Below are positions 27,548-39,975 of a stretch of DNA of 64,000 nucleotides, piece after piece. The notes below the pieces were generated by a model. That model was given only the letters and a program-made list of their open reading frames with translations, was not told the DNA's origin and did no database searches. Within the stretch, counting starts at the first letter, position 1. Each line of letters opens with the position of its first letter. The position numbers were made by a program, and so were the translations under genes. Source of the DNA: Octopus vulgaris (Eukaryota); the NCBI GenBank assembly GCA_951406725.2, contig OX597815.1, positions 63,860,001 to 63,924,000 on the forward strand, read 5' to 3'.

Positions 27548-27857
27548 ACACGTGTCTTTACTAGTACCGACTGAAAAATAAAGAACCGAAAACAAGGCAA
27601 TAGAAATTTTCCTGTTTTCAATCGGCAGAAGTCACAATCTGACTCAAGAGCCGAGAGTCCTGTACAAAGCAAACCTCTCCGCTTTGTAACCTTTGCCAAT
27701 TAAAAATAAAAATAGTAATATTCAAATCGACTATACTACATGACTGGTACTTTATTTTAGCGACCCTGAAAAGATGGAAGGCAATGCTGTCTTCGGCAGG
27801 ATTTGAACACAGAACGCAAAGAATCGGAAGAAATATCACTACGCATTTTGGTCTAAG

Positions 27858-27905
<48 letters not shown>

Positions 27906-28209
27906 TGCATGTATCTCAAGTCATCATGGTCTGACAGTAACTAGTCAAGACATTGATTCGCTGAAGAGTAGAAAAAGACCCGGAGTTGTTCCCCGTCATT
28001 GTTATCTTCAAATTCACTTCCCACTCTATGGCTTGGGAATTCTTTTGAATCCATAATTATTTCGGGGTTATCTACCATGCCATTTTTAGGGAGAATTAAT
28101 CACTACTTTAATGACTCTTTCTTCCCCACCATGGGACTAATGGTAATTAAAATATCTTAACTTACATCATTAAATATATTACAACCGACTTAACCATAGA
28201 ATTGGAAGG

Positions 28210-29650
28210 GTGGTGCTAAAATCGGTCACAATGATGGCAGCGGCGGCAGTAGTGGTATTGGTGGTGGTGCTGGTGGTGGTGGTGGTATTGGTCATGGTGA
28301 CTATGGTGTTGGAGGTGATGTTATTGCTGTTGTATGTGAGCGACTACAAAATGGCGGTGGTGGAGCTTAAATTAGGCACCATGACAGTTTTGATAGAGAT
28401 GGTAATAGTCAGCCGTGGGATTAGTACATCTGACAAGTGAATGTGGTGGTGGTGGTGGTGGTGGTGGTGGCGGCGGCGGTGGTGGAGGTACACCTTGTTG
28501 TGGCTGGGGTGGTAGTGGTGGTGGTATTAATCCAGTTCTGTTTGGCTGTGTTGTAATTGTAGTGGCAGTAGTAGACGCATTAGCAGTAAGATTATGGTGG
28601 CGTTGGTGCTGGGAGGTGATGGTGACGGTGATGGTTGTGATAGCAGTAGTAGTAATGAAGAAAATGGTGTTGGTTGTTGTTGTTGTTGGTAGTGGTGGTG
28701 GTGGTGACGGTGTCTGTAGTATTGTAGTATTATCTCAGTCGTGGTGGTGTGGGTGGTAGTGGTGGGAGTGATAGTGGATGTTACAGAATGCTAGTGGCAG
28801 AGATGGTGGTTGATGCAAATGTATCGTTGTAGTTTATGTCATTGTTTTTGATGTTGTTGTTGTTCTTGGTGGGGTGGTGGTTGGTGACATGCAAGCTATA
28901 GTAGCAGTATTAGATGAAAGGCAAAGCTGACTTCGGTAGGATTTGAACTCAGACCGTAAAAAACCGGAAGAAATGCCACTACGCATTTTGTTCCACGAGC
29001 TAAGTTACACACACAGACGTTACATATATCTCATAGATGGAGATGCGTGGCTAAGGGTGGTGGTGGTGGTGGTTCTGTTTGCGTCAATGCAAATGATGGT
29101 GAATTTTATAATGTTGTTCTTATTACTGTTATTGTTATTAGTAGTAGTGGTGGTGGTGATAGTGATGATGATGGTGGTTGTCGTCGTAGTGTCGTTGTAG
29201 TTGTGGTTGTGGTGATGGCGATGGTGGTGATAGCGATGGTGGTGATAATGGTGCTAATGACAATGGTGGTGGTGGTGGTAGCGATAAAAAATGATGGCAG
29301 TGGAAATGGTGTTGATATCAATGGTGATGGTGATGGTGATGGTCACGTTGGTAATATTGGTGGGGCTGGTGGTGATAATGATGGCGGTGATGCTCATAAT
29401 GAAGATGGTGTTGGCGCTGGATTTCAGCAACTGAAAGAAAAACAATGAGATGGGGATAGCGGTATAGGGGTAGCGGCAATGGTGGTGGTGATGGAACGGG
29501 TTACATTGGCTATGGTAGTACCGGTGGCAGTGGTAGTGGTGAAGACATTAGCAAAGAGGGCGCTGGTTGTAGTTGCAGCAGTAGTGATAGTGCTGGCGGT
29601 AGTGGCAGCGGTAGTGGTGGCGATAGTGGCGCGGGGTGGTACTGGAGGTG
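28210..29650. repeat. (GGT/GAT)n low-complexity tract
   Basis: Degenerate trinucleotide runs giving poly-V/G ORFs. Confidence 0.8.
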
Positions 29651-30037
29651 GGTGAAATAATTATTGTTTATGATTTGTTAGCGTGATGTATGGCCGCGTT
29701 CGTGCGGCTTGTGTTTGGTAATATGACGTTTGCTGGCCTTGTCAGCCATTGACGGTGGAAAAAGGGGATGCGATGGAGGGTCGGATCTTATTGTTGATGT
29801 TGCTATTGTTGTTCTACTTTTTGTTGTTGCAGTTGTTGTTGTGGTTGATGTTAATTTTGCAACGTTGATTCTTTTTCTTTTGTCTTTTTTTATGATTGTT
29901 TTTGAAATAATTATTATTGTTTTGCTTGATGTTATTCCTGTCGTTGTTGTAGACGTAACTTCTGTATGTGTGAGTGTGTATATATATGCATTTATTGGCT
30001 GATAGATAGATAGATACATATATTTACACATACATAC

Positions 30038-30068
<31 letters not shown>

Positions 30069-30183
30069 AATATACATATATACATATATATATAAACATA
30101 TATATATATGCATATGTATATAAATATGCATATATATATATATACATATACATTTATATGTAAATATACATACATATATATAC

Positions 30184-30245
<62 letters not shown>

Positions 30246-30644
30246 TTATGCATGTATGTATGTATGTATGTATGTATGTATGTTCGTTATTGTATTGAAA
30301 TTATTGTAATTATTACTACTATTTTTATTGTTTTTCTAGTTGATTCCGTTGTTGTGTTATTGTCATTGTTTTGTCCTCATTCCTATTATCGCTCATGTTG
30401 TGACTTCCTTTATCAATGTACTTACTGTCGAAGTTGGATTTTGTGTGTTTTGTGTGTGTATGTATGTGTGTATACGTGTGTGCGTGTGTGTGACTCTTCA
30501 ATTCCTTTTGTTGGCAGTTTGCGTTAAATTACCCATGTACATGTGTACGTGTGTGTGCGCGCGCGAGTCTTGAATTTGTGCTGGCAGTTTGCGTTAAATT
30601 ATCCATGTGTGTGTGTGTATGTATATATATATATATATATACAT

Positions 30645-30800
30645 GTCCCCGTCACTTAGCGGTCGGCAAAAAGAGACCGAGAGAATAAGTACAGGGCTTA
30701 CAAAGAATAAGTCCCGGGGTCGAGTTGCTCGACTAAAGGCGGTGCTGCAGCATGACCGCAGTCAAATGACAGAAACAATTAAAAGAGTAAAAAAAAAAGA
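30645..30800 (+). mobile_element. SINE family B 3' half
   Basis: gtccccgtcacttagcggtcggcaaaaagagaccg..gcagtcaaatgacagaaac. Confidence 0.8.
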
Positions 30801-30807
30801 GTATATA

Positions 30808-31172
30808 TACAGAACGGGGCGCCACTGCATGGTGCCAAGGATTCCAACATCACCATCAAAATACAGGTCCAGATACTGCAACAGCTTGGGTTTCAGAGGA
30901 CCACAGCTCTTTAACATCCTCCCTAAATGCCTGAGAGACTTACATGGTGTGGATGTGGGTTTCTTTAAAACTAAACTGGATCTCTTCTTGTTGGGAGTCC
31001 CAGATGAGCCTACCTCACGACAGGAGACGCGGATGCGGGCAGCAGCATCGAACTCCTTGTTGATCAAGTGCCACGTATCAGAGGTGGATTCACAAATTAG
31101 TGTAGCTCATTCAGCGGTGGTGCCCCAGCATGGCCGCGGCCTTCGGGCTAAAACATTTTTAAGGATTTAAGG

Positions 31173-31176
<4 letters not shown>
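30808..31176 (+). mobile_element. CR1/L2-like LINE 3' end (ORF2 C-terminus and tail)
   Basis: RTGRHCMVP..YCNSLGFRGPQLFNILPKCLRDLHGVDVGFFKTKLDLFL..VPDEP..AAASNSL; 3' tandem tail (aaggattt)2. Clade assignment is by resemblance only. Confidence 0.75.
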
Positions 31177-31223
<47 letters not shown>

Positions 31224-31329
31224 AAATAAGAAAATGGAGAAGCACATTAGTTGGTTCATCAGCTTTAGGATATTAAAATGTTGATATATTTATTTATCAA
31301 AACGACAACCATAATAACATACATATATA

Positions 31330-31347
31330 CAGTATAAAATTCAATGC

Positions 31348-31388
<41 letters not shown>

Positions 31389-31477
31389 CGGCGACGTAAA
31401 TACACGAATATTTGTTGTCAAGCGACGCTAGGGGAACAAACACTGACACAAACAACAAACGCATACATACATATACA

Positions 31478-31512
<35 letters not shown>

Positions 31513-31675
31513 GAGGGACTTCTTTCAGTTTCCGATTACCAAATCCACTCACAAGGTTTTGGTCAGCCCGAGGCTATAGTAGAAATCACTTGTCTAAGGT
31601 GCCATGCAGTGGGACTGAACCCGGAACTATGTCGTTGGGAAGCAAGCTTCTTATCACACAGCTACTCCTGCGCAT
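31330..31675 (-). mobile_element. SINE family B
   Basis: Reverse complement of the 18202 head and CORE-like region. Confidence 0.8.
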
Positions 31676-31745
31676 AATATACATATATATATATATGAAA
31701 AAACAAGTCAGGATAGAAAATGCTAAAATAATTATATAAAGAACA

Positions 31746-31787
31746 TTTCAGTACCGGTTTCAGTCATTGAGACCTTTTCAACTGTAA
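31746..31787 (-). ncRNA. Minimal type I hammerhead ribozyme, U3:A8 covariant
   Basis: uuaCAG-UUGAAAA-GGUC ucaau GACU-GAAA-CCGG-UA-CUGaaa. Confidence 0.65.
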
Positions 31788-32039
31788 CAATTAAATAATT
31801 AAATTTAGAAAAATTAAAAGAAAAGTTTTTTTAAAAGAATATTTGCATAGTGTTCAAATATAAGTGGCATTTTCCTTGTTTCTGCCTTTCTCTGTCTCTC
31901 TTGTTTACTCTTGTGGGTTCGAGATCATTGTGAATTCTTGGTAGGGAAGAAGAAGAAAGAGGAGGAGGAGGAGGAGGGGAGGAAGAAGACGAAATATTCT
32001 TTTAAAAACCTTTTCTTTTAATTTTTCTAAATTTAATTG

Positions 32040-32081
32040 TTACAGTTGAAAGGGTCTCAATGACTGAAACCGGTACTGAAA
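32040..32081 (+). ncRNA. Minimal type I hammerhead copy (U3:A8 with A9G)
   Basis: ttacag-ttgaaag-ggtctcaatgact-gaaa-ccgg-ta-ctgaaa. Confidence 0.55.
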
Positions 32082-32179
32082 TTTTCTTTATAAAATTATT
32101 TTAGCATTTTCTATCCTGACTTGTATTTTCACATATATCAATTCGTGTGTTCCTTTTCATCCTTATACATATATATATA

Positions 32180-32930
32180 TCTCTTATGATAAAAGGCAGA
32201 TTTTCTCTGCCTGTGACTATGTTTCATTTTAATACAATTGTACAATATAGAATTTCTTCAGTTGGAATTTACCTATGATTTTTCGAAGTAGATTCGATTG
32301 GGTCATGTCATATACATTTTTTTCAATTTCACCCCCAATAATTAAGCAAAAATTCGAGAAAACTAAATATTTTACGATTTGCCTCTCTCATTTCCAATGC
32401 TTCACTCCTTCTATTACCACACTTTCTCCTACTTTCTCTTTGCAAGTGTACCTTAAACCACTACTAAAAAAAAACACAGAGGAAACAGAAACAAATAAAT
32501 GCATAACGATTTATTCCTCACACAATTTCTTCAATTGGAATTTACCTATGATTTTTCGAAGTACATTCCATTGGGTCATGGCATATAAATTTCTTCAATT
32601 TGACCCCCAATTAAGCAAAAATTCGAGAAAACTCAATATTTTACGATTTCCCTCTATCATTTCAAATGCTTTACTCCTTCTATTACCACACTTTCTCCTA
32701 CTTTCTCTTTGCAAGTGTACCTTAAACCACTACTCAAAAAAATACAGAGACAAAAATTAATACATAACGATTTACTCCTCACACACACACATAGACACGC
32801 AAACATATACATATACTTTCTCTATGGAAACCACTCAACAAAAAAACAAAGGAAACAGAAACAAATAAATACATAACGATTTACTCCTCACACACACACA
32901 TAGATACGCAAACATATACATATATGACAG
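32180..32930 (+). mobile_element. Helitron-like non-autonomous element 5' part with internal ~273-bp tandem duplication
   Basis: Starts a|tctcttatgataaaaggcagatttt (same start at ~44772); 32251-32520 repeated at 32525-32780. Confidence 0.6.
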
Positions 32931-33471
32931 TGACAAACACAAACCTTTCAAACAACTACATACAAACAATCAAACACACACACACGTGTGTGTTTGTTAT
33001 TAGTAAAAAAGGCGCCAAACACAATTTACTTTCTCATTCGAACACATTTACAAACACACACCAACAATTCACTGACATATGGTGAGTAGATGCTAGCCGC
33101 TCACATTATGAGTTACACTATTACACCAATTGTACTGGGACTGTTGTCTACTTCCCGTTAGTTTTTAGTGTCGAGGAAACAAAACTTTCTCGAGAAACAA
33201 CAACAAAAAAAACACACCTAGATTTCACAAAGGACTTTAATAAACGATAGGAACTAAGTTCAGTTGAAGAAAAGAGACGGATTTAAGGAAATCAGACGGT
33301 CGAATTGCCATGATAACTCAACAGAAAAGGTAAATTGGTTTTTAATTTACTTTCTGTCGCTAAGTTTTCGTAGTATTAATTTGCGAGCGTACTTCAGTTG
33401 TCAATTGTTGAAAGAAAGAAATTGTAAGCTAAGGTGTGTGTGTGTGTGTGTGTGTGTGTGAGTGTGTGTGT

Positions 33472-33523
<52 letters not shown>

Positions 33524-33639
33524 GAAGTGAAGGATAAAAATATGGCAAGAAGTGGACAGATGTACATATATACATACATACATCCATACATACATAAATG
33601 TGTGTGTGTGTATGTATGTGTATTAATGTGTGTGTGTTA

Positions 33640-34030
33640 TCTCTCTCTATATAAAGCTGAAGTTGTCTGTGTGCGCCAGGTTTGGTAGCCTTCAGCTAAC
33701 ACTATCTTCTCCGAGACCCTACTCCGCAAGTTGACCAAAATTGAGAGTATGATAGAAGAAGGGTTGCTCTTCCTTCCGTAGTAGATAAAATTCAAATCGG
33801 ACCATGTTAACACCAAAAATTATTTACATCAAAAAGGTGCCTTTTTCTATGAAAATCCCTATTTTTTTACGATTTTTTCACTGCTGTGTCGCCACTTTTC
33901 GGTGTATTTCAACCAGAAAAATGTTCACTTGAAGAGAATAACAAGCTACATAATGCAAAATTTTTACTTTTCAAAAATTCCAATTCCAGCGGGTCGAAAC
34001 AAACCCGAGCAACGCCGGGCGATACTGCTA

Positions 34031-34031
<1 letters not shown>
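33640..34031 (+). mobile_element. Non-autonomous Helitron
   Basis: A|TC start, subterminal hairpin cccgagcaacgccggg, CTAG|T end. Confidence 0.8.
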
Positions 34032-34112
<81 letters not shown>

Positions 34113-34491
34113 ATGTATTTTTGTACATATATAGTTATTTATAGTTATACATAAGTATATATGTGTGCATCTATCTGGCCGTCGATCTATCCACATATAT
34201 GTGTATGTGTGTGTTTTGTCCCTATAGGCGCATGCATGGCTGTGCAGTAAGAAATTTGCTCCCAACCACATGGTTCCATCCCTCTACATTTTACTTTGGC
34301 AAGGTGTCTTCTTTCACAGCCCAGGGCCGACGGAGACTGAAAGAAGTATATATATATAAGTTCAGTAAAAATTTAGATTCAGTTGAATATGGTACTTAAG
34401 TTAAAGGCACCAGAATTTGGTATGGTATTATCCATATAATTCAAAATGGGGTGATTATAATCAAAACTAGCAATAAGGATATCCAAAGGTA

Positions 34492-34581
34492 ATGCAGTAC
34501 GATCGTTTCATGCGGCTCCATTTAATTAAACAATGCAAGTATTACATCAGTTTTAAAATGTAGAGCAATCTTCAGTTGAAT
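34492..34581 (-). ncRNA. Type I hammerhead copy with damaged stem I
   Basis: auucaa-CUGAAGA-uUGC..GCAu-GAAA-CGAUCG-UA-cugcau. Confidence 0.6.
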
Positions 34582-35320
34582 AAAAATATAGAACTTAGTT
34601 AAATTGAAAAGATTGAAAAGATTCATTTTGATACTTATTACATTTATCAACATCACAAAGAGGGTAAGTACGTAGACAGGGAAACACGTTTCACCAACAG
34701 AAACATGGTAGTAATTAATATTTTTTCATGGAGATACTGCTTATCATTGATTTTACTAAGCTATTTAGATTTACTATTGGGGAAGGAGTTTAATACTATT
34801 CCATCAGGTCTAGTGGAGACAAGAATCTTTCTTTTATTGATAGAGGGAGAGATAGTATAAATGGCAGAGCGATAAATCAAGTTCCCTTTGAAGAACTCAA
34901 TTTTGGTTCAGTTGAATATATTCCAGCTAAAATTAGTAGGCCAAAACTGGTGGGGTAGGGAGAATAGAAACTTCTAATACTTAACTATTTAATAGCCATA
35001 ATCCTAATTGTGATTTGAAATAAATAGATATATTTTAGATAGTTTTTTCAAAGAATTCGAATAATTTTAGTATCTTATACAATATAGGGAGGGAGAATAT
35101 AGAAATGATTTCATATTTTTATATAGATATAAATCAAATTAATATAAATTTATAGTTAATTAGTAAATAGTAATTTATTGGTATTAATGAGTTAAATTAA
35201 AGGAATATGCTAAACATTTCATATATTATCTACTTGCTAATGACTTTAGAATGTATAAATGGAATGAGTATAAAAATGAATCGTTTCAATCTTTTCAATT
35301 TAACTAAATTCTATATTTAT

Positions 35321-35401
35321 ATGCAGCTGAAGATTGCTCTACATTTTAAAACAGATGTAATACTTAATTAAATGGAGTCGCATGAAACGATCGTACTGCA
35401 T
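35321..35401 (+). ncRNA. Type I hammerhead ribozyme
   Basis: AUGCAG-CUGAAGA-uUGC..(42 nt)..GCAu-GAAA-CGAUCG-UA-CUGCAU; perfect 6-bp stem I. Confidence 0.8.
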
Positions 35402-35459
35402 TACCTTTGGATATCCTTGTTGCTTATTTTGATTACATATACATATATATATATATATA

Positions 35460-36460
35460 CTAGCAGTATCGCCCGGCGTTGCTCGGGTTTGTAAGGGAAA
35501 TAACTATATAAGCATTTTTAGAGAGTTACTTCCCTTATAGATGCCAATTCAGGCTTTCTTAGCCATTTCTGTTTTGGTGTCTTCAAGCCATGAAGTCGTT
35601 GTTCTAAAAGAACGCTGGTCTCTTTGACAACGCTTTACGACGTTGATTTCTTTACACTCCCTTCCCCACAGCTTCACGAGGGAGGGAAGAAGGGGCAGAA
35701 GCAAACAGGTGCAGGTGTGACCATGGACGCCAACTCCGCCGCCATCGACACACGAAAAATTATGCATTAAAATGGAATAAAAAATGATGTTAAATTATTT
35801 TTAAAATCGTAGACTCATTGTAGACGCGCGCTAATACTCAGACGGGCTCGATATGAATCACGACTATAAGATACCCGAATTTGGTTAAACTGCACCGCAA
35901 AATGTGGGAGTAGTTAGGAATCTAAATCGAAGGGGACAGACACTCACACAACTACAGTTTTATATATATACTAGCAGTATCGCCCGGCGTTGCTCGGGTT
36001 TGTAAGGGAAATAACTATATAAGCATTTTTAGAGAGTTACTTCCCTTATAAATTCGGGCTTTCTTAGCCATTTTTGTTTTGGTGTCTTCAAGCCATGAAG
36101 TCGTTGTTCTAAAAGAACGCTGGTTTCCTTCACAACGCATTACGACGTTGATTTCTTTACACTCCCTTCCCCACAGCTTCACGAGGGAGGGAAGGGGGAG
36201 AAGCAAACAGGTGCAGCTGTGAGCGTGGACGCCAACTCCGCCGCCATCGACACACGATGCATTTTATGCATTAAAATGGAATAAAAAATGATGTTAAATT
36301 ATTTTTAAAATCGTAGACTCATCGTTGACGCGCGCTAATAGTCAGACGGGCTCGATATGAATCACGACTATAAGATACCCGAATTTGGTTAAACTGCACC
36401 GCAAAATGTGGGAGGAGTTAGGAATCTAAATCGAAGGGGACAGACACTCACACAACTAGA

Positions 36461-36470
<10 letters not shown>
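35460..36470 (-). mobile_element. Two head-to-tail non-autonomous Helitron copies (~510 bp each)
   Basis: ctagcagtatcgcccggcgttgctcggg at 35460 and 35971; same family as 45941-46576. Confidence 0.85.
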
Positions 36471-36536
<66 letters not shown>

Positions 36537-36671
36537 GCATTACTATACATAAATGCCACACGCTAGAAGGGACTCTTAAAGTCAAAACTACCACAAAATA
36601 AATAATCACATCATACTGAATGCGAGGGAATACAACTCACGAAGCGAGCCTTCTAAAAACAGAATTCAGCT

Positions 36672-36726
36672 GCTAATCATATGATTTCATAATTAGTGCA
36701 GAAATGCACATTTTAATCGTCAGTGC
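36672..36726 (-). ncRNA. Type I hammerhead motif with weak stem I
   Basis: gca-CUGACGA-uuaaaauGUGCA uuuc UGCACuaauuau-GAAA-UCAUAUGA-UU-agc. Confidence 0.55.
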
Positions 36727-36944
36727 GAGTGTAATTAAAGATTATAACGAATGAACAAAAATCAACATACCAGATGAACACCCAATGTATCCAGCGTAGC
36801 ATATAGAAATGTTCAACCTTTATACATCTATGTAAAAGACGAGCTTTTTCGAATTGCATTCCGGTACAAACGTGTTTATATATATATTATAAATATACAC
36901 ACACACACACTCACACACTCACACACATATATATAAAATCTTTT

Positions 36945-37285
36945 ATAGATCTTCAGTCATTTAACTGCGGCCATGCTGGATCATCGCCCTGAAGTGTTTT
37001 AATCAAACAAATCAACCCCAGGAATTATTTTTTCAAAGCTTACCGCTTATTCTATCTGTCTTTTTTGCCGAACCGGTAAGTTACGGGGGCGTAAACACAG
37101 CACCACCGGTTGTCAAGCGGAGGTGGGGGATACGCAGACACAGAAAGATGCACGGGGATATATACGTATATATATATACAACCGGGTTCTTTCAGTTTCC
37201 GTCTGCCATATCAACTCACAAGGATTTAGAAGACATTCAATGTGGTAAGAAGCAAGTTTCTTACCACACAGCCATGCCTGCGCCT
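36945..37285 (-). mobile_element. SINE family B
   Basis: ttcagtcatttaactgcggccatgctgg tail; cttaccacacagccatgcctgcgcc head. Confidence 0.8.
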
Positions 37286-37299
37286 TTTTAACGCATTCG

Positions 37300-37485
37300 C
37301 TCACCTGGGGCTCTTAGTAGGAGATCCGGTTTAGACTTGAAGACATCCACATCTATATGCATACCATGCATGTCTCTCATCTCCTTCGGGAGAATGTTCA
37401 AGAGCTGTGTGTTCTTGACTTCCAAGATATTGCAATATTTGGTCCTGTAATTTGACAGCAGAGAAGACATTTTTGGCACTATGTA
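37300..37485 (-). mobile_element. CR1/L2-like LINE fragment
   Basis: YRTKYCNILEVKNTQLLNILPKEMRDMHG..DVFKSKPDL, homologous to 30808-31176. Confidence 0.7.
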
Positions 37486-38223
37486 ATGATGTTTGCATGA
37501 TATTTGACATCAAAGTTTGTGAAAATTTGAAACCAAAATTTTCGTAGGATATTGGTTAGTAAAGTGGAGTGTAAATTATTTGCAAGTGCAGATTTAAATT
37601 TATATATAAGCTATATACTATATTCGTCTCTTTATAGTGGGGCGCAGTTTTTTTATTGTTTTTGCTTATGAGAATCGAAATGGAGAATGGTATATAAAAG
37701 GGCAGGGAACTCCTGAGCTAAGTTATTTGCTATTAAATCAGGGATAGATCCCCTTTAAATGGTGCCTTTTTGTGAAACGATTGAGTCAACACAATTAGTT
37801 AAATTTCTTCATGATGAGAGGTAACCAAAAATATATTCAACACAAAATGGTCATCTCACAACTTGGAGGAATTGATTCAGGCCATGCTGTAGCAGTAGCC
37901 TCAATAACAAGTACGGACTCTGGTTTTCGTCTGTTTTTGTCTTTTTCGTTGATACTTTCAATGTCCGAATTTCTTTTTCTTTTTTTTTTTTAATTCCGAT
38001 TTTGGTTTGCAACTATTTGGAAACGAATTTGTTTATGTTACTGATACCTCAGCTACCACCATTTCTACCACTGTGCTGAATAACACATGGTGCTTCATCT
38101 GCAGTTATTTTACACCATCAATAAGAATACATAAGGGTTGTTTCCAAAAGTACATGTCAAGACAAAACTTTATACTAACGCAAGCAACAGTCCGTTTGCT
38201 TCAGTAGATGATGACGATGATTA

Positions 38224-38276
<53 letters not shown>

Positions 38277-38528
38277 ATGATGATGATGAGGAGGACGACG
38301 ACGACGACGACGATGACGACGATGACGATGACAACGACGACGATTATGGTGATGATGGCTTCAAGGTTTGGCGCAAGGTCAGCAATTTTAAAGGGAGGTG
38401 TATAGTCGATTAGTCGACCTCAGTACTCGACTGGTATGTATTTTATTTTATCGACGGTGAAAGTTGATATCAGAAGTGTTTGCATTTTGTCCGACACGCT
38501 AACGCTTCTCCTATCTCATTGCCTTAAT

Positions 38529-38597
<69 letters not shown>

Positions 38598-38600
<3 letters not shown>

Positions 38601-39625
38601 GAAGGAACATGTATGATAATCGGAATAGCATGCTCTGGTGACTTTAGGATCAATGCGAAAGAAGAAAAAGTAAACAACTATGACGATTTGAAGTGGGAAA
38701 TACGAAGGTTGTGGTCAATGAAGAGAGTAGACGTGATACCAATAGTAATTGGTGCACTTGGAAGTATCAACACTCAACTACCAACATGGCTGAAAAAGTT
38801 AGGTGCAAATGTGAAGGTAGAACACCAACAAAAATCAGCATTGCTTAGAACTACAAGAATTCTTCTCAGGGATCTTGAAACATGACCAGTAAACAATTGA
38901 GTGGAGTGAAAATAAAAACTTGTAGAAATTGAAAATGCCTGATGGCTAAAATATTGCTATATTTAATTTCTAGAAAAATGCTAAATTTTCGCTGGGATCA
39001 ATCAAGAGCATTTACTCCCTCTAAACTCCGAAAATGGGTGATTTTTGTATATATTTTACAATAGCGGAGTTTGGGTGTTTGAGGGAGTAATATATATATA
39101 CCCTAACATACATGTATGTGTGTGCGGGTATATAGATTGTGTAATCTGGGGTGTAGTGAAAATAAAAAAAAGTTGTGGAAATTAAAAATGCCTGAGGCCT
39201 AAAATCTTGCTATGTATTATTACTTGGAAAATGCTAAATTTTCGCTTAGTATTTACTCTCTCAGATCCTGCAAACTCCACTATTGCTAAAAGATTTGCTA
39301 AAACCACCCATTTTCGGAGTTTAGGGACTTGAGGGAGTAAATGCCCTTGATTGATCGCAGCGAAAGTTTAACATTCTTTCTAGTAATTAAATATAGCAAC
39401 ATTTTAGCCTTCAGGTATTTTTAATTTCCACAATTTCTTTTATTTTCACGCCACCCTAGATTACACAGTCTATATACTCGCACACACATACATGTGTGTT
39501 AAGGTGGAATGAAAATAAAAAATTGTGCCAATTGAAAATGCCTTCCGGCACTTTCAATTTCCACAACTTTTTATTTTCACTCCACTCTAGTAAACAAATT
39601 TCACCTTAGTCTGCTGTGAGTTTTC

Positions 39626-39628
<3 letters not shown>
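38598..39628 (+). mobile_element. R4/Dong-like RLE LINE 3' fragment in (TAA)n, 3' UTR interrupted by a MITE
   Basis: CMIIGIAC..KEEKVNNYDDLKWEIRRLW..VIPIVIGALG..QKSALLRTTRIL (RLE C-terminus); (AAT)n on both sides. Confidence 0.8.
38897..39589. mobile_element. hAT-type foldback MITE with 8-bp TSD
   Basis: TIR t(t/a)gagtggagtgaaaataaaaa..; TSD gtaaacaa at 38889-38896 and 39590-39597; internal nested inverted repeats. Confidence 0.85.
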
Positions 39629-39689
<61 letters not shown>

Positions 39690-39902
39690 CCTTTCTACTA
39701 TTGGCACAAGGCCTGAAATTTTGGAGAAGAGGACTAGTCGATTACATCAACCCCAGTGCTCAACTGGTACTTATTTTATCAACCCCGAAAGAATGAAAGG
39801 CAAAGTCCGAACCCGGCGGAATTTGAATTCAGAACGTAACGACAGGCGAAATACCGCTAAGTATTTCGTCAGCATGCTAATGACTCTACCATCTCGCTGC
39901 CC

Positions 39903-39903
<1 letters not shown>
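39690..39903 (-). mobile_element. SINE family A inserted in (TAA)n
   Basis: Family A sequence between two (AAT)n runs. Confidence 0.8.

Positions 39904-39974
<71 letters not shown>

Positions 39975-39975
<1 letters not shown>

Larger units (their letters stand above)
31696..32165. mobile_element. Palindromic PLE-derived mini-element (~145-bp arms, ~147-bp spacer)
   Basis: 31696-31844 inverted to 31992-32131; (TA)n flanks. Confidence 0.85.
34358..35440. mobile_element. Palindromic PLE-derived element (~175-bp diverged arms, ~630-bp spacer)
   Basis: 34458-34636 inverted to 35267-35435; (TA)n flanks; one HHR per arm. Confidence 0.8.

Noticed and set aside
31921-31934. gagatcattgtgaa resembling the bantam miRNA
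   Set aside because: The 5' U is missing, the 3' part diverges, there is no precursor hairpin, and it lies in a TE spacer
35275-35302. Tiny UUGAAAA-gauu-GAAA motif on the minus strand
   Set aside because: No stem II and poor stems I and III; likely chance in AT-rich DNA
37800-38160. Complex, protein-like minus-strand sequence (..RRKPESVLVIEATATAWPESIP..)
   Set aside because: Multiple stops and a poly-A frameshift; no recognisable family, so no call is supported
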